Virus record (IMG/VR): IMGVR_UViG_3300012983_000035
Coordinates: 32,001-96,000 of that record
Reading direction: 5' to 3' (one strand)
Source: a virus
Taxonomy: Duplodnaviria; Caudoviricetes
DNA length: 64,000 nt
Under the pieces are notes generated by a model. That model was given only the letters and a program-made list of their open reading frames with translations, ran no database searches and had not been told where the DNA came from. Both the position numbers and the translations under genes were made by a program. Numbering within the stretch: position 1 is the stretch's first letter; every line of letters begins with the position of its first letter. Of the stretch, positions 50,414-61,195 are shown in pieces.

Positions 50414-52453
50414 ATGAAAATTTCACAAATGTGGAAAGAAAAAATGATATCAACTTTGACTGCATTTTATGGTGCATCATCACTAAATATTCAGGCACTA
50501 GAAAAAGAATTAGATCGAATAATTTTAGAAAAACAAGATCAATTCCCTGAATTATTTATGAGAAATCTTTACACGGGTAAAAATATATCGGTTCCATTGG
50601 ATGATTTGTTGGATATAGTTAAACAAGAGGATCTTTGTATACTTGCAAATAATACGTTAACTTATTCTTATAGAAAAGTTAAATCTCCTATTCCAACTAT
50701 TCTTATGGAAAGTAAAAAAGAACGAAATGTTCATAAAGATAAAGCAAAAGAGTTTGACTCACAAATATCTAAACAAAAGTCAGAAGGAACTTTTGTTGAA
50801 GGATGTGAACTTCAACTTAAATATTTGCTTGAAGAAGCATTACAACTTAAAGTTAAGCAGTTTATGAATTCAATTTATGGCGTTCAAGGACAGAAAGGAT
50901 CCATGATTTATAATCCTGATACAGCGACTGGTGTAACTTCACAAGGGCGTCAGTTGATATCTGAAATGTTGTGGGCATTTGAACGTTTCTTATATGGTAC
51001 TTTACACTTTTCTAGCTTTGGAGAATATGCATCGTTTATAACAAATATATCTGAAAATGTGCATTATGATTCCCCGTTACTCAAGTATATAACTTATGTG
51101 CCAAGCAGAAAAGACTGTATAGATATTATGGCAAATCAAATAAATAGAATAACTGCTGTGGATAAAATTCTTGATAAAGTGGAATTATCATTGTATAAAT
51201 TTGTAGATTCTATGAATTCAACAGAAAGGATTTATTTCTATTATAAAAACAATCTATTTAATCTATTGACAAAGAATCCTAAGATATTTGCATTGATAGA
51301 ACAAATATTATCTGATCCAACTGAATTCATGGCTTCTGGAGATGATACGCCAAAAATATATCTCCCAATTTTCGATGAATTATACAAGATTCTTGATGAA
51401 TTTGTTATCATGAATATAACTACACCAAACAGAGTATTTAAATATCAAAACAAACGACGTAGAGGAATTATTATATCGGATACAGACTCTGTTATTATGA
51501 ACTTGAATCCTATAGTTCAAAATATCTATAAAATGCATAAGATGTATAATGGTTTACCTATGACAGGTAGGTCAGCAGCATTTGAAGATGAAAAGATGGA
51601 TTTTAAAATAATCAATCTTGTTTGTAACTTGTGTGGTCACGTTACAGACGTTGTTGGAGATTTGTTAATTAAAAATGCAAATTGTCCAGAAGAACTTAGA
51701 AGTTGGTGTAATATGAAAAACGAGTTCTTGTTTAAACGTGTTATCATGTATAAAGGCGTTAAAAAGAATTATGTTTGTCACGTTAGACTTCGAGAAGGAA
51801 AATTCAAAGATGACATTTCTACAACAGGTATCAAGATGAATTCATCTACAATTAATCCTATGATTAAAGATAAGATGATAGATATTATAGAAAATGATAT
51901 CTTGAAATGTGAGCATGTTGATCCTATAAATGTATTTAGAAAACATAAGGATCTTGAACGTTTTATAATTCAACAGGTAAAGTCTGGTGATTTTACATTT
52001 GGTAAGAAAGCTAGATTCTCTGGTATGAAAGGGTATAAAACAAGTGTGTATCAGAATAATGCTGGTAGGTCTTGTTTGATATGGAATCTTTTGAACCCTC
52101 TAAGTAAAATTAATACTGGAGATTATTGTTATATATTTAACACAGTATTATATAACAAAGCTTCTATTGAGCCTCTTAGAAATACTTATCCTGAAATATA
52201 TGATAAGTTGATTTCTGAAGTTTTTGAAAACTCAAAAATGCCAGAATTAGCTAAGTATGGTCTTAAGAGTATAGCTATACCAATATCGGCTTCTGTCAAT
52301 AAGATTCCTGATTGGATTATTCCATATATCGATTATAAAACATTAACGAATACTCATCTTCAACCATTGATATCTTTGTTGCCATCTATCGAATTTAAGA
52401 CAAGTAAATTCTCTGGTAATAAAAGTACATATTCTCCACTAATCTCATTCTAA
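50414..52453 (+). CDS. Family B DNA polymerase, polymerase-domain subunit of split jumbo-phage PolB
   Basis: KQFMNSIYG (motif B), TSQGRQLI, ISDTDS (motif C), KNEF, KKNY; no exonuclease domain. Confidence 0.88.
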   Translation: MKISQMWKEKMISTLTAFYGASSLNIQALEKELDRIILEKQDQFPELFMRNLYTGKNISVPLDDLLDIVKQEDLCILANNTLTYSYRKVKSPIPTILMESKKERNVHKDKAKEFDSQISKQKSEGTFVEGCELQLKYLLEEALQLKVKQFMNSIYGVQGQKGSMIYNPDTATGVTSQGRQLISEMLWAFERFLYGTLHFSSFGEYASFITNISENVHYDSPLLKYITYVPSRKDCIDIMANQINRITAVDKILDKVELSLYKFVDSMNSTERIYFYYKNNLFNLLTKNPKIFALIEQILSDPTEFMASGDDTPKIYLPIFDELYKILDEFVIMNITTPNRVFKYQNKRRRGIIISDTDSVIMNLNPIVQNIYKMHKMYNGLPMTGRSAAFEDEKMDFKIINLVCNLCGHVTDVVGDLLIKNANCPEELRSWCNMKNEFLFKRVIMYKGVKKNYVCHVRLREGKFKDDISTTGIKMNSSTINPMIKDKMIDIIENDILKCEHVDPINVFRKHKDLERFIIQQVKSGDFTFGKKARFSGMKGYKTSVYQNNAGRSCLIWNLLNPLSKINTGDYCYIFNTVLYNKASIEPLRNTYPEIYDKLISEVFENSKMPELAKYGLKSIAIPISASVNKIPDWIIPYIDYKTLTNTHLQPLISLLPSIEFKTSKFSGNKSTYSPLISF

Positions 52454-52509
52454 CTTTTATTTATATATTATAATATTGTATTATTAGAAAGAGATATTGG
52501 AGGAAATCA

Positions 52510-53781
52510 ATGTTAATACGACCTGCTATTAAAGATAAAGATATTTCTACCAACGCAGCTAGCTTAAATCAAATCTCAAACGAATTGATGATCCATGATG
52601 TATCTTCATTCAATGGAGCTTATACACATGGTGGTTATTATGATATATTTGCTAAAGCTACACAAATAATAGATTCGGTGGTAGTAGGGTTTCCTAGAGA
52701 TACAAACGTTAGCGATTACATGACAGCATCTGTAAATAGACGATCTTATGTAAGATATGTTTATAATTACATGGTATTTATGAGTAGTGCATATAAAGAT
52801 TTAAAAGATAGAATATCACATGGTACATTTCATCTTTTAAATGCAGTCGCATCAGGGTTTACAGATGCTAAACCTTTACCAGATTATTATACTTTTGGTG
52901 TTGAAAAATCTAACAAAAAAGTTCATTCTTTTTCAACATCTGTATTTACATCTGACCAAAGTTTAATTACAACTATAGGAAATCCTATATCTGAATTGTC
53001 ACACGTTAGATTAGATATTCCTAAACCAACAGATTTTAAAGTTAATGAGATTTGTGAGACCGATGTGATATCTTTACTTTCTGACATGGATTGGAGAGTG
53101 GAGCATGGTAGAACACCATATTATGTATTAGGTGAATCTCTTGTTAATGGTGTTGGCGGAGGGACTAAATTGACAAAATTTAGAGTAATAGAGAATCCTA
53201 TACTTGATAAAATGGATGATGAAGAGTATAAACGACAGATACGATCGTCGTTGCCTTGTTACGATTCTAATGATCCGGTTTTAGGAAATCTATTAAAGAC
53301 ATTGGAAATAAGACTATCTATTAGAAATATGATAGTTGATATGGTCAAAACTTATTATACAAGTTGTTTTAAAGAGTTTACATTAGTTTATAGAACAGAT
53401 TATAAATCCGGATATAGATCAGCTATTAGTCCTATAAATAAAATGATAGACGGATTCACAGTTGATAATATGGATAAGATGCGAAATGATTTTATTAGAA
53501 AATGTAAAATCTTAGAATCTAAATTCGATGAACCTATAGACGTAATTTATTATGTAAATGAAATTGAAACAATTTGTAAGGTTAAGTTATTAAAAAGTAA
53601 GTGTGAAGAGACAAAAAGAATGACTAATTCAGATTCTCTTCACGATTATATACTGGAATCCATTCATAGCAAAGACGTAAAACAATTCAAGCATGATATG
53701 GATTTAGATACAATAGATTTTTATTCGTATCACGATAATGATAATTATCGAGTATCACATCGTGGTAAACAAATAGGTTAG
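52510..53781 (+). CDS. Hypothetical protein (423 aa)
   Basis: GGAGG SD; long ORF. Confidence 0.75.
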   Translation: MLIRPAIKDKDISTNAASLNQISNELMIHDVSSFNGAYTHGGYYDIFAKATQIIDSVVVGFPRDTNVSDYMTASVNRRSYVRYVYNYMVFMSSAYKDLKDRISHGTFHLLNAVASGFTDAKPLPDYYTFGVEKSNKKVHSFSTSVFTSDQSLITTIGNPISELSHVRLDIPKPTDFKVNEICETDVISLLSDMDWRVEHGRTPYYVLGESLVNGVGGGTKLTKFRVIENPILDKMDDEEYKRQIRSSLPCYDSNDPVLGNLLKTLEIRLSIRNMIVDMVKTYYTSCFKEFTLVYRTDYKSGYRSAISPINKMIDGFTVDNMDKMRNDFIRKCKILESKFDEPIDVIYYVNEIETICKVKLLKSKCEETKRMTNSDSLHDYILESIHSKDVKQFKHDMDLDTIDFYSYHDNDNYRVSHRGKQIG

Positions 53782-53798
53782 TTATAAGGAGTTTAAAT

Positions 53799-54599
53799 AT
53801 GGCTAAATATGGTAATAGCAACAAACCAAAAAGAATTTCTTACACATTGGGTACATTGTTTTCTAGTGAAAAGAATGGAGCTGAATATCAGTTCGTTAAG
53901 ATTGGATTCTATGATAGCAAAATGACACTCAATTTTTGTAAAGGAAAATCAGGTGGAGCAAGTAAAATGATTGAATCGTTTGTACATTTTGATTATGAAA
54001 CGTCATGTGCGTTATCAAATGTATTAGATTCAATTATCAGAGATAGAGTTGGTTCATATAGAGCTGGTGATCCATATAAGTTATTTAACTGTGGATATTC
54101 TATCAGATATATGGATTCAGATAGCAATCAGTTAAGAACTCTTGGAAATCTTATTATCTACTCTGAACAGTTAGCCGATTCAGGTAAGAATGCAGTTGTT
54201 ATTAAATATAACGACGGTAAAGAAGAGTTTAAAATTATGCTAAGTTCACCTTGGCTTGAGGACTCATTCTCATTTGGTGAAGAAGACGCATTTATTAAAG
54301 CCGAAATTGATATATTTGACCAAAGACTATATGCATTTGCATACCTTATGTCAAATGTAATTAAGAATTGGCCTGTATTGGTTCAGCAAGATATCTTAGC
54401 AAGATATAACTTAAATAGATTGACAGCTATTGCTGAAAAACTTGGAATCGGATATGGCAACGGAAATGGGGGTAATTATAACGACAGTAATTACAGAAGC
54501 AATAGAGGAGGAAACAATAATGAGAGACAGTTGCCTCCTGCACCCGAACCTGAACCTGCATCTGCTGGTGGAGATTTTCCAGGAGATGAACCATTCTAA
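53799..54599 (+). CDS. Putative single-stranded DNA-binding protein
   Basis: Gly/Asn-rich linker and acidic C-terminal tip GDFPGDEPF like SSB-Ct; N-terminal domain not a recognisable bacterial SSB OB fold. Confidence 0.55.
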   Translation: MAKYGNSNKPKRISYTLGTLFSSEKNGAEYQFVKIGFYDSKMTLNFCKGKSGGASKMIESFVHFDYETSCALSNVLDSIIRDRVGSYRAGDPYKLFNCGYSIRYMDSDSNQLRTLGNLIIYSEQLADSGKNAVVIKYNDGKEEFKIMLSSPWLEDSFSFGEEDAFIKAEIDIFDQRLYAFAYLMSNVIKNWPVLVQQDILARYNLNRLTAIAEKLGIGYGNGNGGNYNDSNYRSNRGGNNNERQLPPAPEPEPASAGGDFPGDEPF

Positions 54600-54668
54600 T
54601 ATTTTAGCATAGCAATATAACCACTCTTATAATAGAGTGGTTATTTTTTTATTTGAGGAGGAATCTAT

Positions 54669-55223
54669 ATGGGAAATAAAACTAAGATCCCACAAGAAAG
54701 AGCAAATATGTATAAAGAATTGTTGGGAGAGCAAAAAGGCGATAAAGTCACTATCACAGGAAATAGAGATAGAAAAAAAGATACATCAGCTTTTGTTGCG
54801 AATATTTTTACTACTATTTTAGCAGCATGTAAATGGATAGCAGTGTTAATTCCATTTATAGCTTTAATTACATATTCTGTAATTGAGTCTGTGTCATATT
54901 TTAAATATAATTTATATATTGTATCAGATAGAACGTTCTCCGAAATATTTTCATTGTTTTTTGATTATATCGTAGTTTTATTTAAACCATTGGTTGTGAC
55001 AATATTGTTTATCGCGATTGCACTGGTGATCTTCAATTTTATAGAATTCTTGTATTATTTGATTTTATACGTATATTCTTCTCGTAAAGCAGATAAACTA
55101 TATAAAGAATCAAATAGTACGCTTGAAGCTATATCTAATAAGTTGGAAAAAGAAGATAAAGATAATCCAATAGATTTTTCAGAAACAAATGATAAAAATT
55201 GTGTAAAAAGTGATAATCGGTGA
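54669..55223 (+). CDS. Membrane protein (2 TM)
   Basis: GAGGAGG SD; two long hydrophobic segments. Confidence 0.75.
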   Translation: MGNKTKIPQERANMYKELLGEQKGDKVTITGNRDRKKDTSAFVANIFTTILAACKWIAVLIPFIALITYSVIESVSYFKYNLYIVSDRTFSEIFSLFFDYIVVLFKPLVVTILFIAIALVIFNFIEFLYYLILYVYSSRKADKLYKESNSTLEAISNKLEKEDKDNPIDFSETNDKNCVKSDNR

Positions 55224-55229
55224 TGCGTT

Positions 55230-56276
55230 ATGAAATTTGTTTCTTTTTATGAATATATAAATACACAAAATGCTGATAAATTCAATATTAAATTTATACA
55301 ATTTAATGGTAGAAATAATTGGTTTTATAATAAACGTATAAATTTGTGTAGACCTTTTTTATCTGAAAAAGAAGAAAGGATAACGTGGGAAAATTTCACA
55401 ACCGCACAAAGTGAAGATGCTAAAAATGTATATAGAAATTTGATAGTTGAGCGGTATCTATGGTTGGCAATCAGATTATTGCATTATTTGCAATATGGTA
55501 CTGATAATTCTAAATTTATGACAGAAGACGAAGCATATAGTTATTTACAAATAACTCTAATAAATTGTGTAAATGGTTTCGATCCAAAACAAGATGTTAA
55601 TTTTTATACATATTATATTGCTGCTGTGAAAAATAATAGACCAAGATATTGTGCTGATAGTATTGGTACATTGAGTAGTAGAACTATTTATATGGCTTTT
55701 GAGGTATTTAAATATGCTCAAATAAATAATGGTGAAGACCCGATATATAAGTATAATACAGCTATCGATCTAAAACGCATTTTAAATATAAATTGTAGTG
55801 ATTCTATAAGTTGTTCAAAGTTTATAGATATGATAAAATCATACATATTTACTACATCGTTAAATGTGCCTTCTTTACTAGATGAAGAAATTGAAATTGT
55901 AAATTTATTAGAAGATAAAAATTATTATAATCATGAAATAGATGTTAATTTTTCTCATAAGATTAAAGTTCTTAAAAAGAAATTAACAGATATCCATTAT
56001 TGGGTAGTAAGAGAATATGATGATTATGATGAAAAAGCGTATAACAGATTGTATAAACGTCATTCTGATGGCGTAGATGCTATAATTACTCGTTGCGGAT
56101 ATATATATGATGAATGTAATGACAATTATTGCAAGATAGCGGATATCATAACGTTTGAAGAATTTGCTAATATGAAAGGTAAAACAAGACAACGTATACA
56201 TCAAATGTATCAAATTGAACTTGATTTTATTAACAAATATTTAGACGATAATTATTTGCGTGATTTGTTATTGTAA
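55230..56276 (+). CDS. Divergent sigma70-family factor
   Basis: PFLSEKEE (1.2), RNLIVERYLWLAIRL and LINCVNGFDPKQDVNFYTY (region 2), TSLNVP (3.2), TFEEFANMKGKTRQRIHQM (region 4 HTH). Confidence 0.75.
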   Translation: MKFVSFYEYINTQNADKFNIKFIQFNGRNNWFYNKRINLCRPFLSEKEERITWENFTTAQSEDAKNVYRNLIVERYLWLAIRLLHYLQYGTDNSKFMTEDEAYSYLQITLINCVNGFDPKQDVNFYTYYIAAVKNNRPRYCADSIGTLSSRTIYMAFEVFKYAQINNGEDPIYKYNTAIDLKRILNINCSDSISCSKFIDMIKSYIFTTSLNVPSLLDEEIEIVNLLEDKNYYNHEIDVNFSHKIKVLKKKLTDIHYWVVREYDDYDEKAYNRLYKRHSDGVDAIITRCGYIYDECNDNYCKIADIITFEEFANMKGKTRQRIHQMYQIELDFINKYLDDNYLRDLLL

Positions 56277-56289
56277 GGAGATAAAATAA

Positions 56290-58419
56290 ATGTTTATTGA
56301 GGAAGATATTGTCATAAAAGATACAAGCTTTGATAACGTTATCAAAGTGTTTGAGAAGAATATACAAGATAATTACAATAATTATAAAAATTGTTCTGAT
56401 GCTGATGAATCTAAATTATATATTGATGCTATAAAAGATACTTTACATAAGATTTCACAACATTGTACTAAAATTTTAAATGAACTTGAAGTGAGTGGTT
56501 TAAGTTCATCAGACGGTTATGATTTGTATTCCAAGAGATACAATGATACACTTAAAAGAATCAATACAATTACAATGACACCAGATGATTTAAACGTTAC
56601 AGCTCCTGTTTCTAATGAAATGATTAATGAAGACGGTGATAATGTTAAAATTGAATCTGAAGTTTTGCCAGCAAGAAGAACTAAGAAAAAACGTCCTGTT
56701 GTAGAAGTTGAAAGTGCTATAGAGTTTAACGATGATGTCAATGAACCAGAACCAGTAAAAACTGAACCTAAACTTACACAACAAAAAGAAGTACAAGCTG
56801 TTTCATCTGCTGGAGAGTTTACTTACGATGAAGTAAGAAATGAAACAAACTCCAATGAAATTTACAAATCAGATAAACCTGAAATTAAAGAAGCAGTTCA
56901 TACTGACGATTTAGTAAGACCAGCACATATTACATCTATACCAAAAGCACAGATCGAAGAACCAAAAGAAACTGTTGAATCTGAACCTAAACTTCCACAA
57001 CCAAAAGAAGAAGCAAATGTTGGTAAAAAAGACGAGATTGTTGAAGAAGATGGAATTGAAATTGAATCTGAAGATACTGCTAAAATTATAATCGCAGAAG
57101 ATAAACCTTCTGAAGAAGAAGAAACTGAAATTGATGAAGACGATTATCTATCTGATGGACCTATTGTTAACGATGATGTTGACATGGAATTATCAAAGGA
57201 AGAATTAGACAATGTAGAGATCTTTGATAAAGATTCTGAAGAAAATATTGATGATAACACTGACGATGGATCAAACACTATTGATGCTGATAAAACATAT
57301 TATGAAACAAGTAAGATTATATCCCGTAAAAGAGAAAACCCAATGTTTAAAACATTGGCTAAACTTGATAACACAAAATATGATCTAGCAAAAGTATCAG
57401 TGTTTGATTACGATGGATCAGATGAACAGTTTAGAAAGGAATATATTCTTTCTAGAAATAACATGATGGCTGCTCCTAGGGTTTCACGTATAGCTCTTCT
57501 TATGAGCGGACACTATGAAGAAATTTCAGCATATGGTAGTTTTGACTTCGGTACAATTTCAAGACGCTTGACCGATGATGGTTTAGATTTTGTAGATAGA
57601 GAAGTATTCTTGTATAACTCTATTTACTCTCACGTTATGTATTGTTCTTATGCTAAATCCGTTCCAGATTTCGATACATGGTGTAAAAATATCTATTATC
57701 CTGATGCTAATTCTCTATTCTTTGGTGTATACGATGCTAACTCAGTTGGTGTCAACAATTATCTAGCAGAGTGTCCAATGTGCGGAAAGCAAATGGTAAT
57801 TCCTAGAGAAAATAAAGACTTAGCAGTTGCTGTATCAAATGTGTTTAAGAAAGATGAACTTACTACATTTATCACATATAAAGATATCATGAAACGCGAT
57901 AACTCACCAATGTATAAATGGGCTAGAGATACAACTATTCGTAAACAGTTAAGAAATACAAAGTATATCATCGATTATGGTGTACCTACATTGTATGATT
58001 ATCTAACAACAATAGCTACGATGAGAAGAATTGCGGCTAATAAAGAAATTGATATCGATTTATCATCAGTTGAAAGTTTCAGTGATCCAGAAACAGCATT
58101 ACGTATTTATCATTATATGTATATTAAACGTATTGGTGTTCCAAGTATCGTTCAAGGAACTAATAAAATCAAGTTCATAGGTTTAACATCTAAAGCTGAT
58201 ATTATTGAGTTCTTGAATAACCTTGATATTAACGACTGGTCTCAACTGATAAATGATAATGAAATTTCAGAATTCATTACAAAATCTGCATGTGATTATT
58301 ATATAGCAGATGCTAAATGTAATGATAACAAATGTGGTCATGTAATTAAACATTTGTTATTTAATCCTAAGAAGGCAGTGTTTTTCAAGATTGGGGAAGT
58401 CAGAGCAAATCTGAGTTAA
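56290..58419 (+). CDS. Acidic N-terminal region + T4 gp26-like baseplate-hub/tail assembly chaperone domain
   Basis: D..LFFGVY, ECPMCGK, GVPTLYD, C...KCGH, ends ...VFF; AAGGAG SD. Confidence 0.55.
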   Translation: MFIEEDIVIKDTSFDNVIKVFEKNIQDNYNNYKNCSDADESKLYIDAIKDTLHKISQHCTKILNELEVSGLSSSDGYDLYSKRYNDTLKRINTITMTPDDLNVTAPVSNEMINEDGDNVKIESEVLPARRTKKKRPVVEVESAIEFNDDVNEPEPVKTEPKLTQQKEVQAVSSAGEFTYDEVRNETNSNEIYKSDKPEIKEAVHTDDLVRPAHITSIPKAQIEEPKETVESEPKLPQPKEEANVGKKDEIVEEDGIEIESEDTAKIIIAEDKPSEEEETEIDEDDYLSDGPIVNDDVDMELSKEELDNVEIFDKDSEENIDDNTDDGSNTIDADKTYYETSKIISRKRENPMFKTLAKLDNTKYDLAKVSVFDYDGSDEQFRKEYILSRNNMMAAPRVSRIALLMSGHYEEISAYGSFDFGTISRRLTDDGLDFVDREVFLYNSIYSHVMYCSYAKSVPDFDTWCKNIYYPDANSLFFGVYDANSVGVNNYLAECPMCGKQMVIPRENKDLAVAVSNVFKKDELTTFITYKDIMKRDNSPMYKWARDTTIRKQLRNTKYIIDYGVPTLYDYLTTIATMRRIAANKEIDIDLSSVESFSDPETALRIYHYMYIKRIGVPSIVQGTNKIKFIGLTSKADIIEFLNNLDINDWSQLINDNEISEFITKSACDYYIADAKCNDNKCGHVIKHLLFNPKKAVFFKIGEVRANLS

Positions 58420-58475
58420 AGCAAAGTACTGACGGTATAGAAATTAGAAGTCAAGAAGATGAGTATAAAACTGAT

Positions 58476-58805
58476 ATGTCTGTAGCATTTGTTGAGAAAA
58501 TGGATATGATACTTCGTCTTTTTGACGGCGACATATCGCTAACCGAATTGTTAGCATTTGATGTTCCATCTCAACGAGCAATGGTACAGGCACGTTTAAC
58601 TAATCTTAGAAGATCACAAGAGGCATTTGAAAATGGAAAAGTCGATGCTTATTCTAGACGATATGCTTCTACTATGGGAGTTGGAGGGGGATCTTCTACT
58701 TCTATTTCGTACAGTGCTTCTTCTCCTAGTTCAGAATCGAACACAGGTCAGGGAAAAGATATAATTGATAGAAGTAATTCTATGAATGCAAAAGACTATT
58801 TTTAA
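58476..58805 (+). CDS. Probable -1 frameshift extension of upstream gene (or separate 109-aa protein)
   Basis: Frame open back to 58371 across GTG TTT TTC; no clear SD. Confidence 0.6.
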   Translation: MSVAFVEKMDMILRLFDGDISLTELLAFDVPSQRAMVQARLTNLRRSQEAFENGKVDAYSRRYASTMGVGGGSSTSISYSASSPSSESNTGQGKDIIDRSNSMNAKDYF

Positions 58806-58827
58806 AATAAACCAATGGAGTTAGACA

Positions 58828-59202
58828 ATGAATATTTGCAATTATGTAAATAACATTGCTGAAAAAATAATGGCCTATGGTGGTAATAGTTCGGACGTTT
58901 TTAATTCAAACGTGTCAGATGCGATAATTAAATGTTTCAATATAATGAGCTCTTATGCGTCTAATAAGAATTTAAAAACAGTCCCAACGCCTTTTGCTGT
59001 AGTTGGAAAAAACAATGACGGTGCATCTGAAGACGGTTTAAATTTCGCATCTTTGAAATTTAGTTCAGAAGATAATTTAGATTTATCTTTGTTAGGACAA
59101 ATTATACATAACCTAGGTTATACAGATTCCGTAAATGTTGAATCATTCTCAACTTGCACTATATTGGAAGTTTATGTGCCACTAGCATTCAGCAATAATT
59201 AG
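58828..59202 (+). CDS. Hypothetical protein (124 aa)
   Basis: GGAG SD. Confidence 0.7.
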   Translation: MNICNYVNNIAEKIMAYGGNSSDVFNSNVSDAIIKCFNIMSSYASNKNLKTVPTPFAVVGKNNDGASEDGLNFASLKFSSEDNLDLSLLGQIIHNLGYTDSVNVESFSTCTILEVYVPLAFSNN

Positions 59203-59213
59203 GAGAATTATAA

Positions 59214-61100
59214 ATGAAAGAATCTAAAATTGAAGTTAAAAGAGCAAAAGAAAATATTATAGATGGAAAAGCTATGAGAAAAATCATTAAAAATGTATTT
59301 GATGATTTGTCTCGTATGATTCAATGTACAATTGGGCCATGTGCTGGAAACACTTTAGTTACAGAACCTTTCGGTTCAGTTCCTATTTTCCCAACAAAAG
59401 ATGGTTTTAAAGTTATGAATAATCATAACTATGATGATCTATATTATGAATCAATCTACCGTATTATTAGAGACGTATCAGGTAGAACAAACGAATATTT
59501 GGGAGATTCCACAACAAGTTCAGTTGTTATCGCAGATGATCTTTATAATAGAATTGATAAATATATTCATAATCATAAAAATATTACACCTTATGGTGCA
59601 AAAAAGATTATGGATGTTTCTCTAGAAGTTCTTACTAAATATCTTAAAGATCCAGCAAATAAATATATTGCTTCTTTTGATAATTTGAAAGGTGCTTTTG
59701 ACTTTGACACAAAAGATAAGATCGAGATATATAGAAATATAGCAACAATTTCAGCAAATAATGATTCAGATATTGCTGATAAAGTGGTTAGTGCATATGA
59801 AAGATCTAATTCTGATTACGCATACATTGATGTACAAGAGTCGCCAAATGAAAAAGATATAGTTGAAACAAACTTAGGATTTGAATTGACAACTGGTTAT
59901 ATTCTTAGACACATGGCAAACAAACCAGATGGAATCACAGCAGAATATGAAAATCCATTCTTCTTATTGATCGATGGTCCTATTCTTAAGAATGATGTTG
60001 GAGAAATCGAAAAATTCATTAAATGGTCATGTGTAAATTGTCAAAGACCTCTTGTAATCTTTGCTAGTGAATTCTGTAAAGATGTGTGTGATTTGTTTGT
60101 AAGATGTTGCACCGGTTACCCACTTGTTGATAAAAATGGTAAAACGCAGTTATTTAAACTTCCTGTTATTGGAGTTATGTTAAACACCGCATCTGAATAT
60201 GGTGTAGAAAGAATCCAAGACCTCGAAGCATGTTTAGGAGCAAGATGTTTACAGACTAATACAGGTAGATTACAGAACTGTCCAGAAACAGAAGAAGAAT
60301 TCTTGTTGTTAGTTGGTAGAGCTGATAGTATTAAATCTGTTCCTCACTATACTAGAATTAGAGGTGGAGCAGGAAATAGAGCTATCCGAGAAGGTCGCAT
60401 TAAAGAAATTGAAGATCTTATCAAATATAATAAAGATGCTGCTCAACATGGTATGAATGAAATGATGCGATTGACAACTCTTCAAAAGAGAGCCGGAATG
60501 TTACAAGGAGAAATGCATTGTATTAAAGTAGGTGGTGATTCGTATAAAGAAAAGCAAAATCGTAAGATGATCTTTGACGATGCTATTCAGGCTGTAAAAG
60601 CATGTATTTCTAATGGTGTAACATTGGGTGGAAATGTATCTGTTTCAAAATGTATATCAGAACACAGAAACGAAATTGTAGAAGAAATCTATAAGATTGT
60701 AACTGATCCTGAAAATACATACAATGTAATGGTAAATACTAAACCAAAACGAATGATTAAAATTATTGGTCAGATTTTGGACATTATTTCTGAAGCTTCT
60801 AAAGCAGGATTCAAAGCTGTATTTAGAAATGCATCTAATTCATTTGTATGGAAACATAAGATCTTTAAACACCTTAGAAAATCAGTTGGACCAGAAACAT
60901 ATGACATCATCAAAAATAAATATGTTAATATGGATTGGTTCTTTGATACTTCTGTAAGATCTTTGTCTGTTCCTCCAACACTTATTGTACCAGGAAATAC
61001 TGATATTGAAGTGTTGAAAAGTGCATTTGTGATTGTCGGAATGTTCATTTCATCAAATCAGATTCTAAGTGTACACGTAGCACACGATAATAAAGTATAA
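59214..61100 (+). CDS. groEL: GroEL-like phage chaperonin
   Basis: TIGPCAG, TKDG, GDSTTS (GDGTTT variant), ATISANND, IKVGG, DDAIQAVKA, GVTLGG; terminator 61107-61130. Confidence 0.9.
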   Translation: MKESKIEVKRAKENIIDGKAMRKIIKNVFDDLSRMIQCTIGPCAGNTLVTEPFGSVPIFPTKDGFKVMNNHNYDDLYYESIYRIIRDVSGRTNEYLGDSTTSSVVIADDLYNRIDKYIHNHKNITPYGAKKIMDVSLEVLTKYLKDPANKYIASFDNLKGAFDFDTKDKIEIYRNIATISANNDSDIADKVVSAYERSNSDYAYIDVQESPNEKDIVETNLGFELTTGYILRHMANKPDGITAEYENPFFLLIDGPILKNDVGEIEKFIKWSCVNCQRPLVIFASEFCKDVCDLFVRCCTGYPLVDKNGKTQLFKLPVIGVMLNTASEYGVERIQDLEACLGARCLQTNTGRLQNCPETEEEFLLLVGRADSIKSVPHYTRIRGGAGNRAIREGRIKEIEDLIKYNKDAAQHGMNEMMRLTTLQKRAGMLQGEMHCIKVGGDSYKEKQNRKMIFDDAIQAVKACISNGVTLGGNVSVSKCISEHRNEIVEEIYKIVTDPENTYNVMVNTKPKRMIKIIGQILDIISEASKAGFKAVFRNASNSFVWKHKIFKHLRKSVGPETYDIIKNKYVNMDWFFDTSVRSLSVPPTLIVPGNTDIEVLKSAFVIVGMFISSNQILSVHVAHDNKV

Positions 61101-61195
61101 TAATTGATACCGGGAGTAAAATCCCGGTATTTTATTTTATACGATAAATTAATCATATATTATTAAAATGTGTGATGAAAGATAGGAGGTATTAA

